A DNA stretch of 64,000 nt from an uncultured Collinsella sp. (GTDB taxonomy: Bacteria; Actinomycetota; Coriobacteriia; Coriobacteriales; Coriobacteriaceae): assembly GCA_902468085.1 (NCBI GenBank), contig CABQXN010000001.1:73254-137253 (forward strand). Reading direction: 5' to 3'. Below the pieces are notes generated by a model, which was not told where the DNA came from, did not search any database, and was given only the letters and a program-made list of their open reading frames with translations. Shown in pieces: positions 1 through 9,907 of this stretch. A program made the translations under genes and the position numbers. How positions within the stretch are numbered: position 1 is the first letter of the stretch; each line of letters opens with the position of its first letter.

Positions 1-2
1 AC

Positions 3-275
3 GCCATCATTGGGCTCTACGTCCACCTCTGCTGTCTCGTTGAGCGCCTTGTTACCAGAAACCCCATTGAGACCTACGTTGGCCAGGACCGCTTCGAGGA
101 GGAGCGTGCCGATTTCATCGAGTCCTTCAGGCAGAGCTTCTCGAGCATCTCGACGCGCTATCGCGTAGAGGTTCCCGTAAGCGAGATCGCATATGTCTTC
201 GACTACATAAGCGTGAGCGCCGCCCCGGCGCGAGAAGAGCGCCTCGGCTCCTCGGACCTCCTGCTCGACGAGTGA
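3..275 (+). CDS. PRD-domain transcriptional regulator, C-terminal fragment (5' end outside window)
   Basis: Frame-3 translation AIIGLYVHLCCLVERLV...SVSAAPAREE ends at TGA 273-275. It has a PRD-like LxxHLxxxxER motif and sits directly upstream of the PTS operon. Confidence 0.4.
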   Translation, partial: AIIGLYVHLCCLVERLVTRNPIETYVGQDRFEEERADFIESFRQSFSSISTRYRVEVPVSEIAYVFDYISVSAAPAREERLGSSDLLLDE

Positions 276-398
276 CCTTCCCCGCGCCGCCGCAAGCTGA
301 CTGCGCGTCCTCAATAATCCGATAACCCCTTGCCCGGCGCGAATCCGGATAGCGCCGAGGCAGTACCGAACGTAAAACTTCATTTGATAGGAGCAAAC

Positions 399-872
399 AT
401 GAGTGTTGTTATGGCACGAATCGACAATCGCCTGCTTCACGGCATCATCGTGACGCAGTGGGCCCCGGTGTCGGGCGCGACCCGAGTCATGGTCATCGAC
501 GACAAGGTCGCCGGCGACGAGGTCCTGAAGTCCACTATGAGGATGGCGCGCCCCGCGGGCATGGCCGTCTCGATCATCTCCGAGCAGACCGCGCTCAAGA
601 ACTTCGCGGCGGGCAAGTACGACCGCGAGAAGGTCTTTGTCATCGCCAAGGAGCCCGAGACGATCCTCCACCTGGTCGAGTCGGGCATCGAGCTCCCGTC
701 GCTGATCGTCGGCGGCTCGCTCGTCAAGGAGGGCGGCGTCCAGCTCACCCAGCGCGCCTATGCCTCCGCCGAGAACGTCCAGAGCTACAAGGCGCTCATC
801 GCCCGCGGCGTCAAGGTGACGGCACAGTTCGTGCCCGCCGACAAGCCCGTCTCCGTCGCCGACCTCATCTAA
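399..872 (+). CDS. PTS mannose/fructose/sorbose-family EIIB component
   Basis: MSVVMARIDNRLLHGIIVTQW matches the EIIB-Man N-terminus. ATG at 399 lies inside listed ORF 330..872, and an AGGAG RBS precedes it. Confidence 0.85.
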   Translation: MSVVMARIDNRLLHGIIVTQWAPVSGATRVMVIDDKVAGDEVLKSTMRMARPAGMAVSIISEQTALKNFAAGKYDREKVFVIAKEPETILHLVESGIELPSLIVGGSLVKEGGVQLTQRAYASAENVQSYKALIARGVKVTAQFVPADKPVSVADLI

Positions 873-881
873 GGAGGGATC

Positions 882-1667
882 ATGGTCAACTTCACTATTC
901 TGCAGGTCGTCCTTTTGACCCTGCTGGCCTTCATCAAGCACGTGGACTACTACGGCATCCCGATGATCTTCGTCAACTATGCCGTCTTCTGGGGCCTTAT
1001 CACCGGCGTCGTCATGGGCGACTGGCAGACCGGCCTCGTCATCGGCGGCACCATCCAGCTCATGCAGCTCGGCGTCGCGGGCTTCGGCGGCTCGTCGATT
1101 CCCGACTACGGCACGATGGCCATCATCGCCACCGCCTACGGCGTGACCCTGGGCGCGGACACGGGCCTCGCCATCGGCCTGCCGGTCGGCATGCTCGGCA
1201 TCCAGCTCGACGTCATCGTCAAGATCCTCAACGGCTTCGTCGTCGAGAAGTCCCAGAAGTTCTGCGACGAGGGCAAGTTCAAGCAGATGAACGCCATCCT
1301 GTGGGTCTGCCCCGTGCTCTTCGGCCTGTGCGCCGCCCTGCCCGTCTTTGTCTCCGTGACGCTCGGCCAGCCCGCCGTCAACTGGCTCCTCGAGGTCATG
1401 CCTCAGTGGTTCCTCTCCGGCCTCACCCTCGCCGGCAAGATGCTCCCGGCCATCGGTATCGCCATGCTGCTCCGCTACATGCCCACCGGCAAGTACTTCC
1501 AGTACCTGCTCGTCGGCTTCTTCCTCTCGGCCTTCCTGAACGTGCCCATCATCGGCGCCGCCATCGTCGGCGTTGCCCTCGCGATCGCGTTCTACCAGCG
1601 TGCCGAGAGGGACACCGAGCTCGCCGCCCACGCTTCCGCAGACGCCTTCATCGGAGAGGATGAGTAA
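882..1667 (+). CDS. PTS mannose-family EIIC component
   Basis: 261-aa polytopic membrane protein with typical EIIC-Man sequence. RBS GGAGGG at 872-877. Confidence 0.85.
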   Translation: MVNFTILQVVLLTLLAFIKHVDYYGIPMIFVNYAVFWGLITGVVMGDWQTGLVIGGTIQLMQLGVAGFGGSSIPDYGTMAIIATAYGVTLGADTGLAIGLPVGMLGIQLDVIVKILNGFVVEKSQKFCDEGKFKQMNAILWVCPVLFGLCAALPVFVSVTLGQPAVNWLLEVMPQWFLSGLTLAGKMLPAIGIAMLLRYMPTGKYFQYLLVGFFLSAFLNVPIIGAAIVGVALAIAFYQRAERDTELAAHASADAFIGEDE

Positions 1668-1669
1668 CC

Positions 1670-2503
1670 ATGGAAAACGAGAACATCACCGCCGTCGCCG
1701 AGGGCAAGCCCTCCGGCTACAAGGTCACCAAGAAGGACCTGCGCAACGCGAACTGGCGCTGGCTCATGAGCGTGTGCACCTTCAACTACCAGACCCAGCA
1801 GGGCGCCTCAGTCGCCTACGCCCTCTCGCCGGTCCTGAGGAAGATCTACACGAACGACGAGGACTATAAGCAAGCGCTCAACAACCACTTCCGCTACTAC
1901 AACACCCAGCCTTGGCTCGCTGCCATCATCCTTGGCGCCTGCGTGGCCATGGAGGAACGCGACGGCCTAGCGGCGGCGGACGCCGTCCAAGACCTAAAGA
2001 TCGGCACCATGGGACCGCTCGCCGGCGTCGGCGACTCCCTGCTCATGACCATGATCCCGACCATCATGGGCTCCATCGCCGCCTACATGGCCATCGAGGG
2101 CAACCCCGTGGGAGCCGGCATCTGGTTCGCGCTCATCCTGGCCATCTTCTGGGTCCGCATGCACGCCCTCGAGTTCGGCTACAAGCAGGGCGTGAAGCTC
2201 GTCACCGACTTCAGCGAGAAGCTTCCCAACCTCACTGCCGCCGCCTCCGTGCTCGGCCTCACCGTGGTCGGCTGCCTCATCGCCTCGGTTATCGGCGTCA
2301 CCTGCCCGATTAGCTTCAGCTTCGGCGACGTCTCGATGGAGATTCAGCCGCTGCTCGACAAGATCCTGCCTGCCATGATCCCCGCCGCCATCACGGGAAG
2401 CGCGTATTACCTTCTTACCAAGAAGAACGCGAGCATGACGGCCCTCATCCTCGTGGTGATCGTCCTCGCGATGGTCGCCTCCGCCGCCGGCATCCTTGCC
2501 TAG
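1670..2503 (+). CDS. PTS mannose-family EIID component
   Basis: 277 aa. N-terminal GYKVTKKDL...NANWRWLM is typical of EIID-Man. Start overlaps the IIC stop. Confidence 0.85.
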   Translation: MENENITAVAEGKPSGYKVTKKDLRNANWRWLMSVCTFNYQTQQGASVAYALSPVLRKIYTNDEDYKQALNNHFRYYNTQPWLAAIILGACVAMEERDGLAAADAVQDLKIGTMGPLAGVGDSLLMTMIPTIMGSIAAYMAIEGNPVGAGIWFALILAIFWVRMHALEFGYKQGVKLVTDFSEKLPNLTAAASVLGLTVVGCLIASVIGVTCPISFSFGDVSMEIQPLLDKILPAMIPAAITGSAYYLLTKKNASMTALILVVIVLAMVASAAGILA

Positions 2504-2529
2504 CTTCGACCCAAGAGATTGGTGAATCA

Positions 2530-2928
2530 ATGAGAAAGATAGTTGTGGCGAGCCATTCCCTTCTCGCCCAGGGCTTCAAGGACACCCTCGAGTTCCTTAC
2601 GGGTAAGAGCGACGCCGTCAACGCCGTGTGCGCCTACGTGAACGACAACGGCGAGGGGCTCGACGCGGCGGTCGAGGCGGCTCTTTCGGGCACTGACGAG
2701 GTCGTCGTCCTCACCGACGCGCTCGGCGGCAGCGTGAACCAGCGCTTCTCCCGCTTCGCCTCCGACCGGATCCACGTGATCGCGGGTGTCAACCTCCCGC
2801 TCGCCATGACGGTCGCGCTCGCGCGCCCCGACGAGAAACTCGACTTCGACGCCCTCGTCGACGAGGCGCGCCAGCAGATCGTCTACGTGAACGGTGCCAG
2901 TTCCGCCGAGTGCGAAGACGACGAATAG
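2530..2928 (+). CDS. PTS mannose-family EIIA component
   Basis: 132 aa. MRKIVVASHSLLAQGFKDTLEFLTG resembles the EIIA-Man phosphohistidine region. Confidence 0.8.
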   Translation: MRKIVVASHSLLAQGFKDTLEFLTGKSDAVNAVCAYVNDNGEGLDAAVEAALSGTDEVVVLTDALGGSVNQRFSRFASDRIHVIAGVNLPLAMTVALARPDEKLDFDALVDEARQQIVYVNGASSAECEDDE

Positions 2929-2940
2929 AGGAGGTCGACG

Positions 2941-4065
2941 ATGAGAGAGTTCCTTAAGGACGTGTGGATGCACGGCGGTGAGGAAAGCCGCGCCATCACC
3001 CCCGAGAACATCACGGGCGAGAAGGGCCGTGCCGCCATGTCGGCCAGCCACCTCGGCGTCGGCCGCAAGGGCTCGTGCTGCGTGCCCCTTGAGTCCGGCG
3101 AGACCATCACGCTCGCGGACATCGAGGGCCCCGGCATCATCCGCCACATCTGGATGACCGTCCCCGACAAGACCGCCGCCGGCAGCTTCGTCATGCGCGA
3201 CCTCGTGCTGCGCTTCTACTGGGACGACGAGGAGACCCCCTCGGTCGAGTGCCCTGTCGGCGACTTCTTCTGCAACGGCTTCGGTGAGCGCGCCATCGTC
3301 AACTCGATGCCCATCTGCGTGAACCCGACGGGCGGCATGAACTGCTACTTCGAGATGCCTTTCAGGAAGCACGCCAAGGTCACGCTTACGAGCGAGCACC
3401 CCGGGTTCATTAAGTACATCTTCTACACGTTCAACTACGCGCTCACCGACGTGCCGGACGACGCCATGTACTTCCACGCCCGTTTTAACCGCGAGCGCAG
3501 CACCCGCAGGGGCGTCGACTACACCGTGCTCGACGGCGTGCGCGGTAAGGGCTACTACGTCGGCACCTACATGGCCCTGTGCGCCCTGGAGCGCTATTGG
3601 TGGGGCGAGGGCGAGATGAAGTTCTTCCTCGACGGCGACGAGGAGTTCCCCACGGTCACCTCGACGGGAGCCGAGGACTACTTCGGCGGTGCCTGGGCCT
3701 TCCTCGACAGGCCGCCCCATGCGCTGCCCGAGGCGCAGTGCTTCAACACGCTGTTCGCCGGCTACCCGTACCGCTCGACGCGCGACGCCACGCGCGACCG
3801 CTTCAGCGCGGGCAAGCCGAACCCGAACCCGATGCTCGCGACCAACGACGACGCGCTGCCCAGGCATGGCCTCTACAGGTGGCACCTTCCCGACCCGATC
3901 TCGTTCAAGGAGGACCTGCGCGTGACGTTCCAGGACCTCGGCAACGACGACATCAAGCTCTACGAGCGCGAGGATGACATCTCCACCGTCGCCTACTGGT
4001 ACCAAAGCGAGCCGCACGCCGTGCTCGCCCCGTTTGCCGCAAGGCAGGACCGCGTGCCCAGGTAG
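2941..4065 (+). CDS. DUF2961 / glycoside hydrolase family 172-like protein (cytoplasmic)
   Basis: 374 aa with no signal peptide. WxxGE, FFLDGDE and GAEDYFGGAW motifs are characteristic of DUF2961 (GH172, alpha-D-fructofuranosidase / difructose-dianhydride enzymes). Confidence 0.7.
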   Translation: MREFLKDVWMHGGEESRAITPENITGEKGRAAMSASHLGVGRKGSCCVPLESGETITLADIEGPGIIRHIWMTVPDKTAAGSFVMRDLVLRFYWDDEETPSVECPVGDFFCNGFGERAIVNSMPICVNPTGGMNCYFEMPFRKHAKVTLTSEHPGFIKYIFYTFNYALTDVPDDAMYFHARFNRERSTRRGVDYTVLDGVRGKGYYVGTYMALCALERYWWGEGEMKFFLDGDEEFPTVTSTGAEDYFGGAWAFLDRPPHALPEAQCFNTLFAGYPYRSTRDATRDRFSAGKPNPNPMLATNDDALPRHGLYRWHLPDPISFKEDLRVTFQDLGNDDIKLYEREDDISTVAYWYQSEPHAVLAPFAARQDRVPR

Positions 4066-4144
4066 GGTCGCCTCGAAACAAGCCAACGTTATGGGCGCCC
4101 GCGGTTGACCATGACTGCGGGCGTTCCTTTGTAAGGAGGATCAC

Positions 4145-5029
4145 ATGAGCGAAAAGCAAATGAGGCTCGGCGCCCTCGAGGCCGGCGGGACCAAGATGGT
4201 CTGTGCCGTGGTGTCCGGCGACGGCGAGGTCCTCGACCGTATGGAGACCCCGACGCTTATGCCCGCCGAGACCGTCCCACAAATGGTCGAGTGGTTCACC
4301 GCCCGTGATGTGAACGCGTTGGGCATCGGCGCCTTCGGCCCGACCTGCGTCGACCCCAACGATGAGCGCTACGGTTCCATCCTTCAGACGCCCAAGCTCG
4401 CGTGGCGAGGCTATGGTCTTCGCGCCGCGTTCGCCGACGCCCTCGGGATTCCGGTGGCCTACGACACGGACGTGAACGTTGCCTGCCTCGGCGAAGTAGT
4501 CTTCGGCTGCTGCAAGGGGCTCGAGGACGCCGTATACGTGACCATCGGCACCGGCGTGGGCGCGGGCGTCATGTGCGCGGGCAGGCTCCTTCACGGCATG
4601 CTGCACCCCGAGGCCGGCCACATGCTGGTAAGGACCCGTCCCACCGAGGAGGGACGCTGCGTCTGCCCGAGCCACGCGAGCTGTCTCGAGGGCCTCGCCT
4701 CCGGCCCCGCCATCGCCGCGCGCTGGGGAAAGCCCGCGGCCGAGCTCGCGGACAACGCTGAGGTGTGGGCGCTCGAGGGGGATTATCTGGGGCAGATGTG
4801 CGCGAACCTCGTGCTCATGTACTCGCCTCGCCGTATCGTCCTCGGCGGCGGCGTGATGCACCAGGAGCAGCTCTACGGCATCGTCCGCAAGAAGACCCTC
4901 GAATATCTGGGTGGCTACATCCAGACCGCCGAGCTTAAGGACATAGAGAGCTACATCTGCGCCCCGGGCTGCGGCGGCGACCAAGGAATCCTTGGCGCGG
5001 CCGAGCTGGCAAGAAGGGCGCTCGCGTAA
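4145..5029 (+). CDS. ROK-family sugar kinase (fructokinase-like)
   Basis: 294 aa. Has the LEAGGTK ATP-binding N-terminus and the CxCxxHxxC zinc motif (CVCPSHASC) of ROK kinases. RBS AAGGAGG at 4132. Confidence 0.8.
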   Translation: MSEKQMRLGALEAGGTKMVCAVVSGDGEVLDRMETPTLMPAETVPQMVEWFTARDVNALGIGAFGPTCVDPNDERYGSILQTPKLAWRGYGLRAAFADALGIPVAYDTDVNVACLGEVVFGCCKGLEDAVYVTIGTGVGAGVMCAGRLLHGMLHPEAGHMLVRTRPTEEGRCVCPSHASCLEGLASGPAIAARWGKPAAELADNAEVWALEGDYLGQMCANLVLMYSPRRIVLGGGVMHQEQLYGIVRKKTLEYLGGYIQTAELKDIESYICAPGCGGDQGILGAAELARRALA

Positions 5030-5064
5030 CTTGCGCTCTCTCCGCCATACAACGCGTTAAGAAA

Positions 5065-5120
5065 AGACGAGCGCTTCTTGCCAATTGGGCGGCAAGAAGT
5101 GCTCGTCTTTTGCATTTTTG
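5065..5120 (+). terminator. Rho-independent terminator after the PTS/GH172/kinase operon
   Basis: 18-bp stem AGACGAGCGCTTCTTGCC / GGCAAGAAGTGCTCGTCT with one G-T wobble, followed by a T-rich tract. Confidence 0.75.
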
Positions 5121-5213
5121 CCTCTCAAAATCTTATTTTCACGATTTGCATTTTCATCCCGTTGTCACCGACCCTTGCGAGAACCCGGAAAAAGCCGCTG
5201 ACGGAAGGGTCTC

Positions 5214-5489
5214 TCAAATCGTTGTAACCCAGCATATAGCCGCGACTTGTGACCTGCAGACGGCTGTCCCACGTGCCGATTTCCTTGGCGGCATCCGAAA
5301 CCGCAAAATATGCCCCACATCCTTGATTTTTGCAGTCTTAAGCCATGTTTTTGCGATCATCTTTACCGCCGTCCGATTGGCAGCATCAAAGACCAGCACG
5401 CCGCCGGGGAAAGCGTCCGCCATCCCCCGCACCAGTTCCCGGACCTGCTGGGTCAGAAAGTAATAGAACACCCCGGAGGCAAAGAACAC
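5214..5489 (-). pseudogene. Class I SAM-methyltransferase remnant (C-terminal fragment)
   Basis: 91-aa ORF. AFPGGVLVFDAAN resembles the methyltransferase motif region. No N-terminal SAM-binding part is present, and the surrounding 5.1-5.6 kb is otherwise non-coding. Confidence 0.25.
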
Positions 5490-5688
5490 CGCCCCGCGGG
5501 AGGCATCGATTTTGCTAAACCATGCGGTGTCTTTCAGGTCGCGTTGCCGCCTGTGGCTTCCGCTCGGGACGGGCGGTCACCCACGACCGCGCGCGAGGAC
5601 CGGAGAATCTTCACGATGGTAGTTGACGCCTAATACCTTGCATCGTATAGTGTGTATAGCACAGTATATGACGAGAGGAGGTGTGCGG

Positions 5689-6009
5689 ATGGAGGCCCAG
5701 ATGAAGCGCGGCTTCCTGGAGGCTTGCGTGCTCGCGGCCATTTCCGGCGAGGAGTCCTACGGCTACCAGATCGTGAAGGACGTGCCGTCGAGCATGGGGC
5801 TCACGGAGTCGACGCTCTACCCGCTGCTCAAGCGCCTGGAGAAGGCCGGGTGCATCACGGCGCGCTCCGCCGAGCACAACGGGCGGCTGCGCCGGTACTA
5901 CCGCATCACGGACGATGGGCGTGCGCGCATCGAGGAGTTCCTGGCCGAGTGGCCGTCCGTACGGGAGATTTACGCATACGTTGAGGGGGCGCACCATGAC
6001 GCGCGATGA
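5689..6009 (+). CDS. PadR-family transcriptional regulator
   Basis: MEAQMKRGFLEACVLAAISGEESYGYQI...LYPLLKRLEKAG is the canonical PadR winged helix. Confidence 0.8.
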   Translation: MEAQMKRGFLEACVLAAISGEESYGYQIVKDVPSSMGLTESTLYPLLKRLEKAGCITARSAEHNGRLRRYYRITDDGRARIEEFLAEWPSVREIYAYVEGAHHDAR

Positions 6010-6619
6010 GTTTCTGGGCCGGTTGGGCGAGCTGCTCGCCTGCCTGCCGGCCGAGCAGGTGGAGGAGACCAAGGCGTTCTACGCGGAGGCCATCGCCGAC
6101 CGCATGGAGGACGGTATGAGCGAGGAGGAGGCCGTGGCCGCCATGGGCGCGCTCGGCGAGGTGGCGGAGGCCACGCTCGACGACCTGCCCGCCGTGCCGC
6201 GCGCGATCGCGAGGACGCGCCGGCGCAGCACCGCGCTGCTGTGGGTGCTGACCATCGTGGGCTCCCCAGTGTGGGTGCCGCTGCTCGCCGCCTTCGCCGC
6301 CGTGGCCGTCACGGTCTATATCTGCATCTGGGTGCTGGCGCTCTGCGTGTGGATCGTCGCGGCGGCACTCGGGGGCGCGGGCGTAGTTGGGCTCCTGCTT
6401 GCCGTAAGCGGCGTCACCATCGGCCACTTCCCGTACGTCCTCGCCTCGGCGGGCGTGGGGCTCAGCCTCGTCGGCGTGGCGCTCTTCGTTGGTGCTGGCG
6501 CTTGGGCCGCCTCAAAACAAATTGCGCGCCTCTCGGCGCTCTGGGCGAGGAAGGCCGCCTCGCCCTTCTGGAAGGGTAAGGGCGAGAAGGGTGGCGCTGC
6601 CGCGTATCTCGCGGCGTAG
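5996..6619 (+). CDS. DUF1700-like membrane protein (PadR partner)
   Basis: MTRDEFLGRLGELLACLPAEQVEE...YAEAIADRMEDG followed by two transmembrane segments. ATGA overlap with PadR. Confidence 0.6.
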   Translation: MTRDEFLGRLGELLACLPAEQVEETKAFYAEAIADRMEDGMSEEEAVAAMGALGEVAEATLDDLPAVPRAIARTRRRSTALLWVLTIVGSPVWVPLLAAFAAVAVTVYICIWVLALCVWIVAAALGGAGVVGLLLAVSGVTIGHFPYVLASAGVGLSLVGVALFVGAGAWAASKQIARLSALWARKAASPFWKGKGEKGGAAAYLAA

Positions 6620-6625
6620 AAAGGA

Positions 6626-6889
6626 GTGAGTACCATGACCAGCGCGAAGAAGATCTACCTCGCCGTGGCGGGCGGGCTCGTTGCCGCGGGCGTTGTCCTC
6701 GCGGGCATTGGCTTTATCGCCTCGGGTTTCGACCCGGCCGTGTTCACAACCCAAATCGACACGCGCGACAGCACCATCGTGCTCGGCGGCGTCGAGGTGG
6801 ACGAATACGAGAGTATCCCGTTCATCAGCCAGCTCGCCAATCTGGGCGAGATCGACACCTCCGACGTCGCGGATCCCGCCGCGTCCTAG
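6626..6889 (+). CDS. DUF4097-like putative adhesin, N-terminal part only (truncated)
   Basis: 87 aa: a TM helix plus the start of a beta-rich domain. Homologues of the PadR/DUF1700/DUF4097 triad are about 250 aa. The gene stops where the accessory region begins. Confidence 0.35.
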   Translation: MSTMTSAKKIYLAVAGGLVAAGVVLAGIGFIASGFDPAVFTTQIDTRDSTIVLGGVEVDEYESIPFISQLANLGEIDTSDVADPAAS

Positions 6890-7304
6890 GCGCAGCGAGC
6901 CCGGGCGCTCTGCCCGCCAAGCTGCGTAAGCCGACGAAACCCGAACCTCGGCTCCAGCGCAACTGGTCTCAAGCCTGTGCCGATTCGCTCTCAGCGCCGC
7001 GCGGGGGCCCATGACGCATACCCAAAATCCATCCGAGGAGAAAAGAACGCAATGACGACAGCCGTGCCCCTCCGCCTTTACGGGGTCACGCAGGACCGGG
7101 AGCGACTGGGCCGGGCGGTGGGGCTGTGCTTGGATTGGCTACACTGATATGGACAGTTCCGTGAGGGGCGCGAGAGACGGGACTCCGGGGAGATCTCCGA
7201 GGAGGAGTACCTTGACTGGAAGCGTGGGTTCAGTGGAGCATGAACCTAATCTCTGTCTCTCTTGCTTTTTCTGATTTGTTGAGAAGCCGGCATTTGGGGG
7301 CATT

Positions 7305-8027
7305 TTGGATAGCGAACAGTTCAAACAAGAAGCTGAGAAAATAGAACAAAGCCTGAGTGCCTTGAGAGTCGCCGAGCGCAATGCAGTGATTCCCTTCATG
7401 AACGGCGACTTTACCCAATGGGATCTATATCTGGCATCCTCCTCTGAATATGCGATGAGATTGATAGACGGATTCATCTCCATGCTCGAGTCGAGGAATC
7501 TTGTTTGCGTCGCCCAGCTTCTCCGCGCACAGGTTGGAGTCTGCCTGCGGACATTCGCGTTATTTGCCGCCGAAGACCAGGATGACTTTCTCAAGCAGGT
7601 GTTTCAAGGTGTGCCTGTGAACAAGCTGAAAGATTTCTCGGGTGAGAAGATGTCCGATAGAAGACTTCAAGACTTACTCGCGAAGTCCGATCCAAAGGTA
7701 AAAGATGTATACAAGGTGACGTCTGGATTCGTCCACTTCTCTACTGATATTCTGCCGAGCATGGGTGTGCCTAGGGAGGGCTATGAGGTCGAGTTTAATT
7801 TTGGAGCCGAGCCCAACGAGAGAAACAATGTGCCTCTCGTGGAATGCGGCAAGGCGTTCTGCCACTATGTCGACCTGCATCTCCAGATGCTCCATAAGGT
7901 GATTGCTTCGGATGAATGGTATGCCGATCGATTCCGTATCGATTCCGATGGTTCTGCAGACGAAGCCTCGACAAGCGAGAAGGTGAAGGTCAAACGCATT
8001 GACGCTGCCTTGACAGCATCCCGATAA
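7305..8027 (+). CDS. Hypothetical acidic protein (accessory region)
   Basis: 240-aa ORF with a TTG start at 7305 (first ATG further in). Local GC is lower than the flanks. No recognisable domain. Confidence 0.35.
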   Translation: MDSEQFKQEAEKIEQSLSALRVAERNAVIPFMNGDFTQWDLYLASSSEYAMRLIDGFISMLESRNLVCVAQLLRAQVGVCLRTFALFAAEDQDDFLKQVFQGVPVNKLKDFSGEKMSDRRLQDLLAKSDPKVKDVYKVTSGFVHFSTDILPSMGVPREGYEVEFNFGAEPNERNNVPLVECGKAFCHYVDLHLQMLHKVIASDEWYADRFRIDSDGSADEASTSEKVKVKRIDAALTASR

Positions 8028-8373
8028 AATAACGAATGGGAGGCTCCCTGCGAAATGTGCGCTTCTGTATATTCTCGCTAGGAAGCCCCCGACCGATAAG
8101 CCGTCGTTGAGTTCAATTTGAGTTTAGCTCGGGTACCCGAAAATAGTCCAACTCTGATAAAGGGGGAGACGACGGTACACCACGTAGACGAGAGGTTATG
8201 GAAGTGCACGATTTGATTACCGAATGGGAATAAGCGATATTCGTTGATTTCAAGCCTCCGAACTGCGAAAACAGGTCGGGGGCTTCTTATTTTGCAACCT
8301 CTGTGCAACCTTTGCGGTTTCGCGCCCCGTGAACAGGGGACGTAGCACTGTTCACGTCTGGGCCCATGTCGGC

Positions 8374-8436
8374 ACCGATCAATGCCCGCGCTGCTTCTGC
8401 TTGCGCTTCAGCTTCCGCTGCTCGAAGCACGTCGCC
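8374..8436. repeat. Direct repeat copy A: remnant of the DUF2992 gene 3' end (att-like)
   Basis: About 62 bp matching 14364-14426 with about 5 mismatches. The minus-strand translation ...FEQRKLKRKQKQRGH* equals the C-terminus of the intact gene at 14368-14787. Confidence 0.7.
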
Positions 8437-8490
8437 CGGAGTTCCCCGCCAGAGGAGAACTGACCGTTCCTTGCGAAACCGCGAGACCAG

Positions 8491-9165
8491 CTATATCCGC
8501 TTGCTGCGGGCTTGCTTGAGCCAGTTCCTCTTGAAAGAGCCTATACCTCCGAAGAACTTGTTGTACGTCTCACCGTCCTCCTTGGCCTCGTACTTGACCA
8601 AGGCAAGTTCGATGGTGCAGAGGTAATCCGCCACCTGCTCGAGGCGGTAGTCGGTCATCGAGGTCTTGCGGCGTCGGACGACCCCTTTTGAGAGGATTTT
8701 GCCCACCGAGCGGTCGAGCGCCTGCTTGACGATATCCTGACCGTTGTCGTAGTAAACCTTCACGTCGTCGAAGGATTGAAAGAAGCCCAGGTGTTCAATC
8801 ATGGCAGAGGAGATATCGCGCCCCATACGCTCCATTAGCCTTGCCGGGTCTTCGAACTGGCTGCGGCGGTAGACGAACGTGATATAGGAAATGGGAAGTT
8901 TGCGGACGAACGAGGAGAAGTAGGCGAGCATCACCTTGCGCTGCTCGATGTTAAGAAACTCATAATCCTTGTGCCCGTTCATGAGAGGCTCGGAGTGAAA
9001 CGGAATGTTAGGGAGATCGGCCCTGGCAAGCTTGGCCTCATAGCCCGTGACCGCATCGGCGATGCTGTCTGCCTGGTCGTGAAAGACGAGTGTGAGCAGG
9101 TAGTAGCGAGCTTTGCCGCCGCGGTCGCCGCTCTCGTCGACGAAGATGCTGAGCTCCTTGGCCAA
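8491..9165 (-). CDS. DUF3800-family protein
   Basis: MAKELSIFVDESGDRGG has the IFxDESG signature of DUF3800. 224 aa. Confidence 0.65.
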   Translation of the reverse strand: MAKELSIFVDESGDRGGKARYYLLTLVFHDQADSIADAVTGYEAKLARADLPNIPFHSEPLMNGHKDYEFLNIEQRKVMLAYFSSFVRKLPISYITFVYRRSQFEDPARLMERMGRDISSAMIEHLGFFQSFDDVKVYYDNGQDIVKQALDRSVGKILSKGVVRRRKTSMTDYRLEQVADYLCTIELALVKYEAKEDGETYNKFFGGIGSFKRNWLKQARSKRI

Positions 9166-9479
9166 TGGGGACTCCTAATGGAATGGATAAAAAAATAGCC
9201 GGGGGACTCCCCCGGCACTTGGAGGTAGCTTAATGAGCCACCAACAACCTTATAGCATGCTCTGACGGTGAGTGCAAGGGGGGCGAGCCGGTACATGGCG
9301 TCGCGGCTGATGCGCAGCATCGCGCACGCCTCGTCGGCGTCGAATATCACGTTAGTCGATGCGATGAGCCACACCTGGTTCCTGCCAATGCTCTTGGTCA
9401 TGGTCGTCCTCGAGCTCCTTTCGTCTCGAGGTTCCCTCGCGTGCCCGGCCGCGGGCGGCTCCCAGGGCGGTCGCGGCAG

Positions 9480-9698
9480 TCATTTCCTCCTGCTCCTCGA
9501 CTCGACGTAGGCGTCCACTGACGCCCTCGACACCAGGAGCTTCCTGCCGAGCTTGTACGAATCGATCTTTCCCGACCAGATGAGGTCGTACGCCTTGTTT
9601 CGGCTCGCCCTCATGTACTCCTGCATCTCGATCACCGTCATCCATTCGTCGCGGCCCCGGTTGCCCTCGGGCGCGGCGCATTTCGTCGTGTTCGCCAT
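9480..9698 (-). CDS. Excisionase-like HTH DNA-binding protein
   Basis: C-terminal MTVIEMQEYMRASRNKAYDLIWSGKIDSYKLGRKLLV matches the Xis/MerR-like helix-turn-helix excisionase family. Start could instead be the internal Met (9641). Confidence 0.45.
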   Translation of the reverse strand: MANTTKCAAPEGNRGRDEWMTVIEMQEYMRASRNKAYDLIWSGKIDSYKLGRKLLVSRASVDAYVESRSRRK

Positions 9699-9882
9699 GG
9701 TTCCTCCAATCCTTCCGCGCGATGCGCCTGCGCGGTCCCGTGTGCGTTTTCGTCTGCGCGACGATTGAACCGCCTGACGGCGATTGGCGCGCACGGCGGG
9801 AGCGGAGATGGGTCGAGCTGGTCGGGTCTTCACGAAACGGCCATGATCCACACGTCTTAACTGGCAGCTAAGTCCCTGAAAA

Positions 9883-9907
9883 GTAAAAGGCGCCCATGCG
9901 GGCGCCT
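9883..9907. terminator. Hairpin GGCGCCC-atgc-GGGCGCC
   Basis: 7-bp GC stem in the intergenic region between the excisionase-like and XRE genes. Confidence 0.4.

Noticed and set aside
276-398. Sigma-54 (-24/-12) promoter or RAT antiterminator upstream of the PTS operon, expected from the PRD-regulator fragment
   Set aside because: No TGGCAC-N5-TTGC match or obvious RAT hairpin in the 120-bp leader. The regulation type is left open.
458-1663. 401-aa arginine-rich ORF overlapping the PTS IIB and IIC genes in another frame
   Set aside because: Typical high-GC alternative-frame artefact. It has Arg/Pro/Gly-rich low-complexity sequence and no RBS. The overlapping frames hold clear PTS homologues.
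2527-4086. 519-aa minus-strand ORF
   Set aside because: Antisense to the EIIA and GH172 genes. Low-complexity GC-rich translation.
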